Below, one piece after another: positions 17,336 through 26,489 of a stretch of DNA of 32,000 nt (positions within the stretch are counted from its first letter, which is position 1; every line of letters begins with the position of its first letter). The position numbers and the translations under genes are program-made. Source of the stretch: Haloferax volcanii DS2 (GTDB taxonomy: Archaea > Halobacteriota > Halobacteria > Halobacteriales > Haloferacaceae); contig NC_013967.1 of the NCBI RefSeq assembly GCF_000025685.1, positions 1,020,001-1,052,000 on the forward strand, written 5' to 3'. The notes below the pieces were generated by a model. The model made no database searches. It was not told the origin of the DNA and saw only the letters and a list, made by a program, of their open reading frames with translations.

Positions 17336-18220
17336 TTACTCCGCGACTGGCGCGTCTCCGTCGCCCTCGTTTCCGAGGCGGCCCGAGACGTAGCCCCAGT
17401 CCCGAGCGAAGCCGACGAGGAGCGCCGCGGCCGCGACGCCGGTCACGAGCGGCATCCACGAGTCGAAGACGCCGGGTGCGAGCGCCAGCGGGACGACGAC
17501 CATCTGGACGCCGGCGAGGACGCGCCGCGAGGCGCGGGGCGGGAGGTCGAACGTCGGTCGCCCCGCTCGCTCGCGGAGGCGGCGGCCGACGAGAAAGACG
17601 TACCGCGCCGCCCCGACCGAGAGGTACCACCACGCGAGTTCGCCGAGGAGGACGCCCGCGAGCGGGGCGACGAGGAGGCCGAAGGCGTCGACCGCGGTGT
17701 CGAGTCGCGCGCCGAGGCGGCTGACGCGGTCGAGTCGGCGGGCGAGCGCCCCGTCGAGCGCGTCGAGCGCGGCGGCGACGCCGTAGCCGCCGGCGGCGGC
17801 CCACCCCCACGACGGACTCAGCGACCCGTGGAGCGCCACGCCGACGATGCCCGCGACGCCCGCGACGAGAAACCCGCGGACGAGCGTGACGGTGGTCGGG
17901 ACCCCGAGGTCGTCGTAGGCGCGGGGCGATTCCGCCGCGGATTCGGCCGTTCCGGCGTTTCCGGGCGCGACGTTCTCGTCCGCGTTCGCGTAGGCGTACA
18001 CGCAGAGCCCGACGACGACGAGCAGGGTCCCGGCGGCCCACGTCGCCGCGGCGGTCTCGGGCGAGGGTGCGGCCCGCGAGACGAGCCAGAGCCACTCGAC
18101 GGCGAGCAGTCCGCCGACCACCAGCGTGGCCGCGGCCGCCGCGCCGCCGGTTTCGAGCACCCGCCGTCTCGTCCGACGTGTCGTCCGCGGCGTCGCCGCG
18201 CCGTCTCCCGAGAGCGTCAC
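17336..18220 (-). CDS. CDP-alcohol phosphatidyltransferase family protein (archaeal phospholipid head-group synthase, specificity unknown)
   Basis: The family motif D-x2-DG-x2-AR-x8-G-x3-D-x3-D is present as LDALDGALARRLDRVSRLGARLDTAVDAF. The protein has multiple TM helices. Confidence 0.85.
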   Translation of the reverse strand: MTLSGDGAATPRTTRRTRRRVLETGGAAAAATLVVGGLLAVEWLWLVSRAAPSPETAAATWAAGTLLVVVGLCVYAYANADENVAPGNAGTAESAAESPRAYDDLGVPTTVTLVRGFLVAGVAGIVGVALHGSLSPSWGWAAAGGYGVAAALDALDGALARRLDRVSRLGARLDTAVDAFGLLVAPLAGVLLGELAWWYLSVGAARYVFLVGRRLRERAGRPTFDLPPRASRRVLAGVQMVVVPLALAPGVFDSWMPLVTGVAAAALLVGFARDWGYVSGRLGNEGDGDAPVAE

Positions 18221-18408
18221 GGCCGCCGACTGTCGCCTCGGCGGTCGGACGGTGTGCTACACATACCCGTACAGGGGGACGGGCGGCTGTTAAGTATTCC
18301 TCGCGTAACAGGTCAGGGCCGCGCGACGAATCATCGGCGGCGAGGAGAGCCCCCCGCGAACGCGGCGTCTCGACGGCGGCTCATGGAACGCCTCCCGCGT
18401 CAGGACGC

Positions 18409-18414
18409 TTTTAG
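18409..18414 (+). promoter_or_regulatory. TATA-like box (TTTTAG) for the K+ channel gene
   Basis: Centred about 27 nt upstream of ATG 18438. Confidence 0.3.
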
Positions 18415-18437
18415 CCACCGGCGGCCATAGCGGGTGT

Positions 18438-20096
18438 ATGTCTATTTCGGGCGACGGCCCCGGGTTGTCGAAGGCGAAGCGACGACTCGGCCGCTATCTC
18501 GCGGGTGCCGGGCTGTTGATGCTCACGTTCTCCATCGCGTACCAGTGGGCGGCGGGATTTTTCGCCGGCGAGGACATCACCTTCTTGCAGGCGGTCCACG
18601 TCGTCGTCGAGACGTTCACGACGACGGGCTACGGCGAACAGACCCGATTTTGGGTCGACCATCCGCCGCTGCTCGCGCTGTCGATTCTGATGCAACTCAC
18701 GGGCGTCACGACCGTCTTCCTCACGCTCCCGCTGTTTCTCGTCCCGCTCGTCGAAGACGCCCTGCGGACCGCGCCGCCGACGGCGTCGACGCGCTCGGAC
18801 CACGTCGTTATCTGCACGTTCACCCCTCGCGGCGACGCCCTCGTGGACGAACTCGATTCGATGGACGTGCCATACGTGATTCTCGAAGCCGACCGCGACC
18901 GCGCCGAGGAGCTACACGGCGCGGGCTACGACGTCGTCCACGGCGACCCCGAGGACGTCGAGTCGTTGGAGGCGGCGAACGCGGCCGAGGCGCTCGCCAT
19001 CGTCGCCGACGACGACGACGAGACGAACGCGAGCATCATCCTCGCCGCGAAGCAGGCCGCGCCGGACGCCCGCGTCGTCAGCCTCATCGAGGACCCCGAT
19101 GTCGCTGACTACCACCGCTACGCCGGGGCCGACCGGGTCGTCTCGCCGCGCCGGCTCCTCGGCGAGAGCCTCGCGGGCAAGGCGACCACGTCCATCTCTT
19201 CGGAACTCGGCGACGCCATCGAAATCGGCGAGGACTTCGAAGTCGCGGAGCTGCTCGTCCAGCGCGGCAGCCCCGCCGAGGGTCGGACCATCGCCGAGAG
19301 CGGCATCGGGGACGTCACCGGCGTCAACGTCATCGGCGCGTGGTTCACCGGGGAGTTCGTCTCCCCGCCGGCCCCCCACGCCGTCATCGACGAACACACA
19401 ATCCTGCTCGTCGTCGGCCGCGAGAAGCAGCTCGAAGAACTCCGCGCGCTGACGCTGTCGTCGGCGCGGCGCTTCCGCCGCGGGACCGTCATCGTCGCCG
19501 GATACGGCGAGGTCGGTTCCACCGCGGCCGAGAAGTTGGCGAGCGCCGGCGTCCCGCACCTCGTCGTCGACAAGCAGGACAAGCCCGGCGTCGACCTCGT
19601 CGGCGACATCACCGACCCGCAGACGCTCTCCGAGGCGAACGTCTCCGAGGCTCGCGGCGTCCTCCTCGCGCTCGACAACGACACCACGGCCGTCTTCGCC
19701 ACGCTCGTCTCCGAGCGCGTCTCCGAGGAGACGGAGGTCATCGCCCGCGCCAACGAGACCGAAAGCATCGCCAAGCTCTACCGCGCCGGCGCGGATTACG
19801 TCCTCGCGCTCTCGACGGTCGCCGGCCGGATGCTCGCCTCGACGGTGCTCGACGAGGAGGTCATCGCGCCGCAGTCGCAGATAGAAATCGTCCGGACGAA
19901 CGCCCCCGGCCTCGTGGGGCGGACCCTCGCCGGGGCCGACGTTCGCGCCCGAACGAACTGCACCGTCATCGCCGTCGAGCGAAACGGCGCGCTCGTCACC
20001 GAGGTCGGCCCGGAGTTCCGGGTCGAAGCCGACGACGACCTCGTCGTCGCCGGCGTGGACGAAGACATCTACCGCTTCAACGAGCAGTTCGGGTGA
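18438..20096 (+). CDS. 2-TM potassium channel with two tandem RCK (TrkA-N/TrkA-C) modules
   Basis: Pore helix and selectivity filter VVETFTTTGYGE, flanked by two TM helices. RCK2 has GYGEVG (GxGxxG). RCK1 has the degenerate ICTFTPRG. There are two TrkA-C-like segments. Confidence 0.9.
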   Translation: MSISGDGPGLSKAKRRLGRYLAGAGLLMLTFSIAYQWAAGFFAGEDITFLQAVHVVVETFTTTGYGEQTRFWVDHPPLLALSILMQLTGVTTVFLTLPLFLVPLVEDALRTAPPTASTRSDHVVICTFTPRGDALVDELDSMDVPYVILEADRDRAEELHGAGYDVVHGDPEDVESLEAANAAEALAIVADDDDETNASIILAAKQAAPDARVVSLIEDPDVADYHRYAGADRVVSPRRLLGESLAGKATTSISSELGDAIEIGEDFEVAELLVQRGSPAEGRTIAESGIGDVTGVNVIGAWFTGEFVSPPAPHAVIDEHTILLVVGREKQLEELRALTLSSARRFRRGTVIVAGYGEVGSTAAEKLASAGVPHLVVDKQDKPGVDLVGDITDPQTLSEANVSEARGVLLALDNDTTAVFATLVSERVSEETEVIARANETESIAKLYRAGADYVLALSTVAGRMLASTVLDEEVIAPQSQIEIVRTNAPGLVGRTLAGADVRARTNCTVIAVERNGALVTEVGPEFRVEADDDLVVAGVDEDIYRFNEQFG

Positions 20097-20245
20097 GCGG
20101 CCGAGGGCGGTCACGGGTGGTCCGGCCCGGCTGTCGGTCGTCGTTCGGCCCTGTACGGTCGTATCGGCGTCCGTCGCTCTCGGAGAGATCAGCGGAAAAT
20201 CGGTGCCGCCGCGACGCGGCGACAGGCGGGTCCGGTTCGGTTCGG

Positions 20246-21094
20246 TTACGCGCCGACTTCCGCGCCGACGTAGAGGACGACGACGAGGAAGATCCAGACG
20301 ACGTCCACGAAGTGCCAGTACATCGAGGCCGTGCTGACAGAGACGTGGCGCTCGGTGGAGTACTGCCCGCGGAGCGCGCGGACGAAGACGATACCGAGAA
20401 GCACCGCGCCGAGGCTGACGTGGAGGCCGTGCAGGCCGGTGAGGCCGTAGAACGCCGACCCGAAGATGCCGTCGGTAATCGAGAAGTTCGAGTGGACGAT
20501 GAACTCGTAGTACTCGTACACCTGCCCGCCGATGAATATCACGCCGAGCAGGAGCGTGACCGCGAGCCCGAGGATGAAGTTACGGTGGTTCTCCTCGCGG
20601 ATGGCGACGTGCGCCCAGTGGAGCGTGAGACTGGACACGATGAGGATGGCGGTGTTCGCTAACACTAACGACCCCGTGAGATGCGGGAGTTCCTGCGGTG
20701 GCCACGTCCCCGCGCGGATGAAGAAGTAGTACGCGAACAGCGCGCCGAACGTCCCGAGTTCGGAGCCGAGGAAGGCAATCATCCCCCAGCGGAGCTTCGA
20801 TGCGCTCTTCTGGCTCGCGTCGCGCGACCAGAAGTGGCTCACGAACGCGTGGTACAACCAGCCGTAGAGTCCGGCCAGGAAGAGGAAGATACTGCCGACG
20901 AACACGGCGGGGCCCGCCGTCTGGCCGACGATTCCGTCCTGTCCCATGACGTACAGCCCGGCACCGGCGTAGATGCCCGCGCCCCCGACGGCGGTGACGA
21001 ACGGCCACCAGCTCGCCTCGCCGAAGCCGCGCGGCCAGTCCTGAACCGCCGGCAGGTGATGGCCGTGGTCGTCGTGTGCTTCTTCGGTACTCAT
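20246..21094 (-). CDS. coxC: heme-copper (cytochrome c) oxidase subunit III
   Basis: Seven-TM protein ending in the typical subunit III pattern FGSAFYGLTGLHGLHVSLGAVLL...STASMYWHFVDVVWIFLVVVLY. Confidence 0.9.
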   Translation of the reverse strand: MSTEEAHDDHGHHLPAVQDWPRGFGEASWWPFVTAVGGAGIYAGAGLYVMGQDGIVGQTAGPAVFVGSIFLFLAGLYGWLYHAFVSHFWSRDASQKSASKLRWGMIAFLGSELGTFGALFAYYFFIRAGTWPPQELPHLTGSLVLANTAILIVSSLTLHWAHVAIREENHRNFILGLAVTLLLGVIFIGGQVYEYYEFIVHSNFSITDGIFGSAFYGLTGLHGLHVSLGAVLLGIVFVRALRGQYSTERHVSVSTASMYWHFVDVVWIFLVVVLYVGAEVGA

Positions 21095-21314
21095 AGACGC
21101 CCGTTATGCTTGGGTTACTAAAAATCCTCCCAAACTGCGTTCGTCACGGGACCGCATGGCCCTCGAATTCGGTTCCGCCGGGGTCGCGGCGGGTGCGAAG
21201 CGTGGCGTTCGCGGGAGAGGAACTAACCGCCGCGTTCGGCGGCGCTCGAAGCGAACGGACGGAGAAGAGACTCGAAAACGGAACCGAGGCCCGACCGACG
21301 GCGCGGCGTCGTCT

Positions 21315-22391
21315 TCAGTCGAGGTTCGTCGTCGCTCGGTGGAACGGCTGGCGCGAGATGATTTCGCGCATCTCGGCGAGCGACTCGGAGCTCGCACCGT
21401 TCATCTCGGAGACGACGGCGAACACCTCCTGTCGGGAGATTTTGACGCCCTCGCCCGTCACCGCGTGTTCGGGGTTGGCGACGAGTTCGCGGAGCGTCCC
21501 GACCGCGAGGAGGAACGGAATCGCCCACGCGGCGAGCGTGTTGCCCTCGCGGAGCGGCACCGTCTCCAGGTAGGTCTGCGCGTCGTCGAGGAACGACTTC
21601 GCGTGGTCGGCGGTCCGCGCGACCACCGAGGCCGTGCGGTCGTTGTGCTCGGGGTCGACGACCTCCTCCTGCGGGACGCCCGCGTCGTCGAGCCAGTCGG
21701 CGGGGAGGTAGACGTTGTTCTCGGAGGTGTAGTCGTCGTGCACGTCCTTCGCGATGTTCACGAGCTGGAGGAGCAGGCCGAACTCCTCGGCGGTGTCGTA
21801 GAGCCGCGAGCGGCGCTCGCTGTCGACGTTGCCGCGGGTCACGAGGTTCGTGATGAGGTTGCCGACGGTGCCGGCGGCGTAGTAGCAGTACTCCTCTAAC
21901 TCCTCGCGGGACTGGATGCGGAGCCCGCCGGTCTGGGAGTAGCGTTCGACGAACATCGCCATGCCCGAGACGAGTTCGCGGACCGGCGGCGTGACCGCCT
22001 CCCGCACGTCCTCCGGCAGCGCCTCGAACGTCCGGAAGACCCGAGCGGTGTTGGCGACGACCATCCAGTCGTCGGACTGTTCGCCCTCCGGGGGGAGGTG
22101 CGGCTGTACGGCGGCCACGAACTCGTCGACGGTCGTGTCGTCGTCGGAGTCGAGCGCGCGGTCGTAGAGTCGAAGGAGGTGTGCCTGCTCGTCGGGCGCG
22201 ATTGAAGACGAATCCTCCACGGTGTCGGCGATTCGACAGAGGAGATATCCGATACAGATGTGCGACGCCATCGGTTCGTCGAGGACGTCGACCGTGAGGG
22301 CGAAGGTCCGAGAGACCCCCTGAACTGCATCGTGACACCAATCGAGGTCGTCATCAGTTGCCGGTGGCCGGGCATCGGCGTGTCGAGACAT
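21315..22391 (-). CDS. crtB: phytoene synthase (squalene/phytoene synthase family)
   Basis: SRTFALTVDVL, LCRIADTVED (first Asp-rich site), YCYYAAGTVGNL, and QLVNIAKDVHDD (second Asp-rich site). Confidence 0.88.
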   Translation of the reverse strand: MSRHADARPPATDDDLDWCHDAVQGVSRTFALTVDVLDEPMASHICIGYLLCRIADTVEDSSSIAPDEQAHLLRLYDRALDSDDDTTVDEFVAAVQPHLPPEGEQSDDWMVVANTARVFRTFEALPEDVREAVTPPVRELVSGMAMFVERYSQTGGLRIQSREELEEYCYYAAGTVGNLITNLVTRGNVDSERRSRLYDTAEEFGLLLQLVNIAKDVHDDYTSENNVYLPADWLDDAGVPQEEVVDPEHNDRTASVVARTADHAKSFLDDAQTYLETVPLREGNTLAAWAIPFLLAVGTLRELVANPEHAVTGEGVKISRQEVFAVVSEMNGASSESLAEMREIISRQPFHRATTNLD

Positions 22392-22508
22392 TCGAAGCGT
22401 ACCCGTATTACGGAAGGGGGGATAAAAAGTCTCGTGGGGGGCCGCATCCGCGGACGGCCGAGACGGCGCAGGAGAAAACCATAAGCATAGTCGATGAAAG
22501 ATTCAGAC

Positions 22509-23651
22509 ATGGACTTCGCGCTCACTGCGGAGCAGAAGCAAATCAAGGAGATGGTCTCGGAGTTCGTCGACGAGGAAGTCAAACCTCGCGCGGCGGAAAT
22601 CGACGAGACCGACGAGTTCCCCGCCGACCTCGTGGCCGAGATGGGCCAACTCGGCTTGATGGGTATGCCCTTCCCCGAAGAGTACGGCGGTGCCGGCCTC
22701 GACTACCACTCCTACGCCATCGGCCTCGAAGAGATTTCCCGCGGCTCCGGCGGCCTCGGCACCATCGTCGCCGCGCACACGAGCCTCGCCGGCAACATGC
22801 TCTACGAGTTCGGCAACGAGGAGCAAAAGCAGACGTATCTGACCCCGCTCAACGAGGGCACCGACATCGGCGCGTTCGCGCTCTCCGAACCCGGCGCGGG
22901 GAGCGACGTGCCCGCTATGGAGACCACGGCTGTCAAGGACGGCGACGAGTACGTCGTCGACGGCGGGAAGCTCTGGATTTCGAACGGCTCGGTCGCCGAC
23001 ACGGTCGTCGTCTTCGCCAAGACCGACCCCGACGCGGGTAACAAGGGCATCTCGTCGTTCGTCGTCCGGCCCGAGGTTGACGACGGCTTCGTCGTCGAGG
23101 GCACGGAGCACAAACTCGGAGACAAGGGCTGTCCGACCGCCGAACTCCGCTTCGACGACATGCGCATCCCCGAAGACCGACTCCTCGGCGGCGAGGGCGA
23201 CGGCTTCGTGCAGGCGCTGAAGACGCTCAACGGCGGCCGCATCACCATCGCGGCGCGCTCTATCGGCATCGCCCGCGCCGCCCTCGACGACGCCGTGACG
23301 TACGCCGGCGAGCGCGAGCAGTTCGACCAGCCCATCGGGGACTTTCAGGCCATCAAACACGAACTCGCTGACATGGACACGAAGGTGCAGGCCGCGACGC
23401 TCCTCATGCACAAGGCCGCAGACCTGAAGATGCGCGACGAGACGTTCATCAAGGAGGCCGCGCAGGCGAAGCTCTACGCCAGCGAAATCAGCCGCGAGGT
23501 GGCCAACGAGGGCATCCAGATTCACGGCGGCTACGGCTACACCAAGGACTTCGCCGCCGAGCGCTACTACCGCGACGCGAAGCTCAACGAGATTTACGAG
23601 GGGACGAGCGAGATTCTCCGCAACACCATCGGCGACTGGCTCCAGAAGTAA
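22509..23651 (+). CDS. acd: acyl-CoA dehydrogenase (alternative ATG at 22494)
   Basis: MDFALTAEQKQIKEMVSEFV is a typical ACAD N-terminus. Also present are GAFALSEPGAGSD and the C-terminal QIHGGYGYTKDFAAERYYRDAKLNEIYEGTSEI. The AT-rich ATAAGCATA at 22481-22489 lies about 24 nt upstream of 22509 but only about 9 nt upstream of 22494. Confidence 0.92.
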   Translation: MDFALTAEQKQIKEMVSEFVDEEVKPRAAEIDETDEFPADLVAEMGQLGLMGMPFPEEYGGAGLDYHSYAIGLEEISRGSGGLGTIVAAHTSLAGNMLYEFGNEEQKQTYLTPLNEGTDIGAFALSEPGAGSDVPAMETTAVKDGDEYVVDGGKLWISNGSVADTVVVFAKTDPDAGNKGISSFVVRPEVDDGFVVEGTEHKLGDKGCPTAELRFDDMRIPEDRLLGGEGDGFVQALKTLNGGRITIAARSIGIARAALDDAVTYAGEREQFDQPIGDFQAIKHELADMDTKVQAATLLMHKAADLKMRDETFIKEAAQAKLYASEISREVANEGIQIHGGYGYTKDFAAERYYRDAKLNEIYEGTSEILRNTIGDWLQK

Positions 23652-23653
23652 CG

Positions 23654-23977
23654 TCAGTCGACGACCGATTCGTTCGTCCCCTTCGCGTCCTCCGCGCCCC
23701 GCGCCCCGTTTGCGACTCGCTCCGCGAGCCACGCGTGGTACGACTCGACCCGCTCTGCGCCCGTGTCGGTGAGGCCGTACACGTCGTGGATGCCCTCGGT
23801 CCGCCGTCGGAGGTGGCCCGCCTCCACGAGCGCGTCGAGCGTCCCGTAGAACGACTGCGGGTCGATTCGGAGGTCGTAGTAGCGTTCCAACCGGGTCTTC
23901 AGCTTCTGCCCGCGGAGTTCGCCCGCGTCGTAGAGGACGGCACACAGGTCGCGCCGACGGCCGCTCTGAAACCACAT
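23654..23977 (-). CDS. PadR-family winged-helix transcription regulator (alternative start 24004)
   Basis: RRDLCAVLYDAGELRGQKLKTRLERYYDLRIDPQSFYGTLDALVEAGHLRRRTEGIHDVYGLTDTG fits the PadR wHTH pattern. Confidence 0.72.
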   Translation of the reverse strand: MWFQSGRRRDLCAVLYDAGELRGQKLKTRLERYYDLRIDPQSFYGTLDALVEAGHLRRRTEGIHDVYGLTDTGAERVESYHAWLAERVANGARGAEDAKGTNESVVD

Positions 23978-24117
23978 GGCTCCCGTCTCGTGGGAGAGAC
24001 ACACGTCACTTTCGTTCCGCCGGCCCGCCGGTCTGCTCCGTCACGTCCAGCCACGCTCTCCCACGCCAGTCCGCCGGAACCGATAGTTTAGACAGCCCGT
24101 GCTCCCTAGCGCCTCGC

Positions 24118-24393
24118 ATGACCGACGCAACCGCAGAGGAGAACGGCGTCACCGCGCGGTACTACGTCACCGACGCCGAGCGCGTCCTCGAATTCGACCG
24201 CGACGGCCGAACCGCCGCCGTGGCCCAGAACATCGACGGCTACGCGATGTTGAAGGTCCGCCCGACCGCCGAGGGCGACGAACTCGAACGCTACTACGGC
24301 TTCGACATGGCGCTGGACCACGCCGCGGAACTCCTCGGCGCGTCGCCGCACGACCTGCCCGTCCCGGAGGACGCGGCTGACATGGGGATGTAA
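24118..24393 (+). CDS. small acidic conserved hypothetical protein (91 aa)
   Basis: ORF with genome-typical codon bias and acidic composition. The AT-rich GATAGTTTAGA (24082-24092) lies about 30 nt upstream of the ATG. No family recognised. Confidence 0.6.
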   Translation: MTDATAEENGVTARYYVTDAERVLEFDRDGRTAAVAQNIDGYAMLKVRPTAEGDELERYYGFDMALDHAAELLGASPHDLPVPEDAADMGM

Positions 24394-24421
24394 GCGGGCG
24401 CATTCCGTTCCGCCGCCCCGG

Positions 24422-25093
24422 TCACGCCCAGTAGAAGCGCGGCCCGAGAAACAGGTAGCCGAGCGCCAAGAACAGCAGGCCGAACGAGAAGCCCTCACCG
24501 AGCGTCCCCGAGCAGACGATTGCGAGGCCCTGCACCACACCCATGACGAGCGCGTCCTGCGCGTGGAGGTCGGGGTAGGTCACGTCCGAGAGCATCAGCG
24601 CGGCCATAACCGCCGAGAGGCCGACGAGCAACATCGGCTCGACGAAGCCGACGAGGACGCCCGCAGACAGAATCGTCGCGGCGAGCGTCGTCGGCACCCC
24701 GACCGTCTCGTCGGACCCGCTGTCGTAGGCGGTGTAGAGCGCCAGCCTGACGACCGCGGCCGCGACGAACAGCGCGGCGACGCCGACGCCGGCGACGACT
24801 CGGACCCGGTCGAAACCCCACATCTCGCGGACGACGGCGACGACGAGCAGCGCCGGGGCGACGCCGAAGGAGGCCACGTCCGCGAGGGAGTCGAGGTACG
24901 GCCCGGCGTCGGTCCCACCGTAGCGTCGGGCGACCACGCCGTCGAGGCCGTCGGCCATCGCGGCGAGCAGGATGACCTTGGCCGCGAGGTGCACGTCGAC
25001 CGCGGTTAACACCGCGGCGACGAATCCCAGCGCCGCGTTCCCGGCGGTGACCACGTCGGCGGGGCCCAACCGACCGACGAATCGGGGTCTCAT
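24422..25093 (-). CDS. pssA: archaetidylserine synthase-type CDP-alcohol phosphatidyltransferase
   Basis: Internal ATG (cat at 25091-25093) gives MRPRFVGRLGPADVVTAGNAALGF.... ADGLDGVVARRYGGTDAGPYLDSLADVASFGVAPALL is the PssA-type variant of the CDP-alcohol motif (DSLADxxSFGVAPA). Confidence 0.85.
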   Translation of the reverse strand: MRPRFVGRLGPADVVTAGNAALGFVAAVLTAVDVHLAAKVILLAAMADGLDGVVARRYGGTDAGPYLDSLADVASFGVAPALLVVAVVREMWGFDRVRVVAGVGVAALFVAAAVVRLALYTAYDSGSDETVGVPTTLAATILSAGVLVGFVEPMLLVGLSAVMAALMLSDVTYPDLHAQDALVMGVVQGLAIVCSGTLGEGFSFGLLFLALGYLFLGPRFYWA

Positions 25094-25230
25094 ACCGATG
25101 CGATTGCGTACCTGCCCTTTCCCTCTTACGTTCCGTCCGTCAGCCCGCGGCTCCGCGTCGTTACCGCCCGCCCCGGTCGGAGTCGGCGCGTTTCGCCCCG
25201 CTCGGCGGTTCGCCGGGCGAACCATGCGAC

Positions 25231-25237
25231 ATTTATC
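25231..25237 (+). promoter_or_regulatory. TATA-like box (ATTTATC) for the second halocyanin
   Basis: Centred about 26 nt upstream of ATG 25260. This favours 25260 over the in-frame ATG at 25224. Confidence 0.3.
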
Positions 25238-25259
25238 GGTCGCGTCCCGAGAAGCGACC

Positions 25260-25706
25260 ATGCGAGACCACGGGTCTTCGAACGGCGGTCGGACACGGCG
25301 TCAGTTCCTCGCGGCGACCGGTGCGGCGGCAACCGCCGGCCTCGCGGGCTGTGCGACCCTGACGGCGTCCGGCGACGACTTCGACATCGGGATGACCGCG
25401 GTCGCGTTCGACCCGCCGACGGTGACCGTCGAGGCCGGCGACGAGGTCGTCTGGCGCAACACGAGCTCCCGCGGCCACACCGTCACCGCCTACGAGGGCA
25501 CCCTCCCCGAGGGAGCCGCGTTCTTCGCCAGCGGCGGCTACGAGACCGAACAGGCCGCCCGCGACGCCTACTCCAACTCGCTCGGCGGGCTCATCGGCAG
25601 CGGCGAGACCTACACGTACAGCTTCGACGTGCCCGGCGAGTACGAGTATCTCTGTATCCCCCACGAGCAGGCCGGCATGGTCGGCACCATCGTCGTCGAA
25701 GAGTAG
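25260..25706 (+). CDS. halocyanin / plastocyanin-family blue copper protein, Tat lipoprotein (alternative start 25224)
   Basis: Twin-arginine motif and lipobox in GRTRRQFLAATGAAATAGLAGC. Copper ligands are RGHTV and YLCIPHEQAGMVGTIVVEE (Cys-x2-His-x4-Met). Confidence 0.88.
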   Translation: MRDHGSSNGGRTRRQFLAATGAAATAGLAGCATLTASGDDFDIGMTAVAFDPPTVTVEAGDEVVWRNTSSRGHTVTAYEGTLPEGAAFFASGGYETEQAARDAYSNSLGGLIGSGETYTYSFDVPGEYEYLCIPHEQAGMVGTIVVEE

Positions 25707-25826
25707 CCCCGGCGCGCAGCGTCGGCTCCGGGAGGTAGCACCTGATTGAAGCGCGGCGTGGCTCCCGCTCGAAGCGCGGTCGCATAAAAAGCCGAAGTTC
25801 GAAGTCGGGCCGTCGACGAGACAGGC

Positions 25827-26489
25827 TTACGCTTCGGTCTCTTCGTCGTCGACGTCGACTGCGACGTCGTCTTCGTCGACGCTGACGGCGGCTTCCTCTT
25901 CGGCCTCGACCTCTTCGGGACGGGCTTCGAGGGAGAACTTCTTGACCTCGACGCGGCGCAGGGGGTAGATGACCTTCGCGTCGCCGTAGATGGCCGACGA
26001 GAGGCGACCCTCGACGACGCTCTCGGTGAGCGCGTCGTAGGTGTGGCCCGTGATGGCCTCGCGGGTGAGTTCCGTCATGATGCGACGAATCTCGTGTTCC
26101 TGGCTCCGGTCGGCCTTCTTCGTCGTGAAGGCGACGGGCTGGAGCTGGACGCGGTAGTCGTCCTTGGTGATGGCCGTGACGTTGGCTTCGATTTTGGACG
26201 CGCCGCGGCGGACGAGGCTGCGGAGGTAGTCTCGGGTGAGCTCCTGCTGGATGAACTCGGTGTAGGCGGCGTCGCTGCCCACGTCCGTAATCTTGAACGT
26301 GAGCTTGACGTTGTTCGCGCCCTGGTCGTCGTTGAGGTCGCCGAGGGTGGACTCGACGGTGCGACCGCTGATTTTCTCGGGTTCGTCCGCGAAGGTCGAA
26401 CCGAGTTCCTTACGGTCGAAATTCTCGGGAGCGATGACGGTGTACCATCGCTTTCCGCGCTTCTGCTTGGAGACGGATCGTTCACTCAT
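25827..26489 (-). CDS. rps3ae: 30S ribosomal protein S3Ae (eS1)
   Basis: KRGKRWYTVIAPENFDRKELGSTFADEP...LTFKITDV...RVQLQPVAFT is the typical S3Ae pattern, here with an acidic C-terminal tail. Confidence 0.95.
   Translation of the reverse strand: MSERSVSKQKRGKRWYTVIAPENFDRKELGSTFADEPEKISGRTVESTLGDLNDDQGANNVKLTFKITDVGSDAAYTEFIQQELTRDYLRSLVRRGASKIEANVTAITKDDYRVQLQPVAFTTKKADRSQEHEIRRIMTELTREAITGHTYDALTESVVEGRLSSAIYGDAKVIYPLRRVEVKKFSLEARPEEVEAEEEAAVSVDEDDVAVDVDDEETEA

Noticed and set aside
24972-25259. N-terminal extension of the second halocyanin ORF
   Set aside because: It overlaps the pssA 5' end on the opposite strand. The Tat signal begins right after ATG 25260, which has a TATA-like box at about -26.
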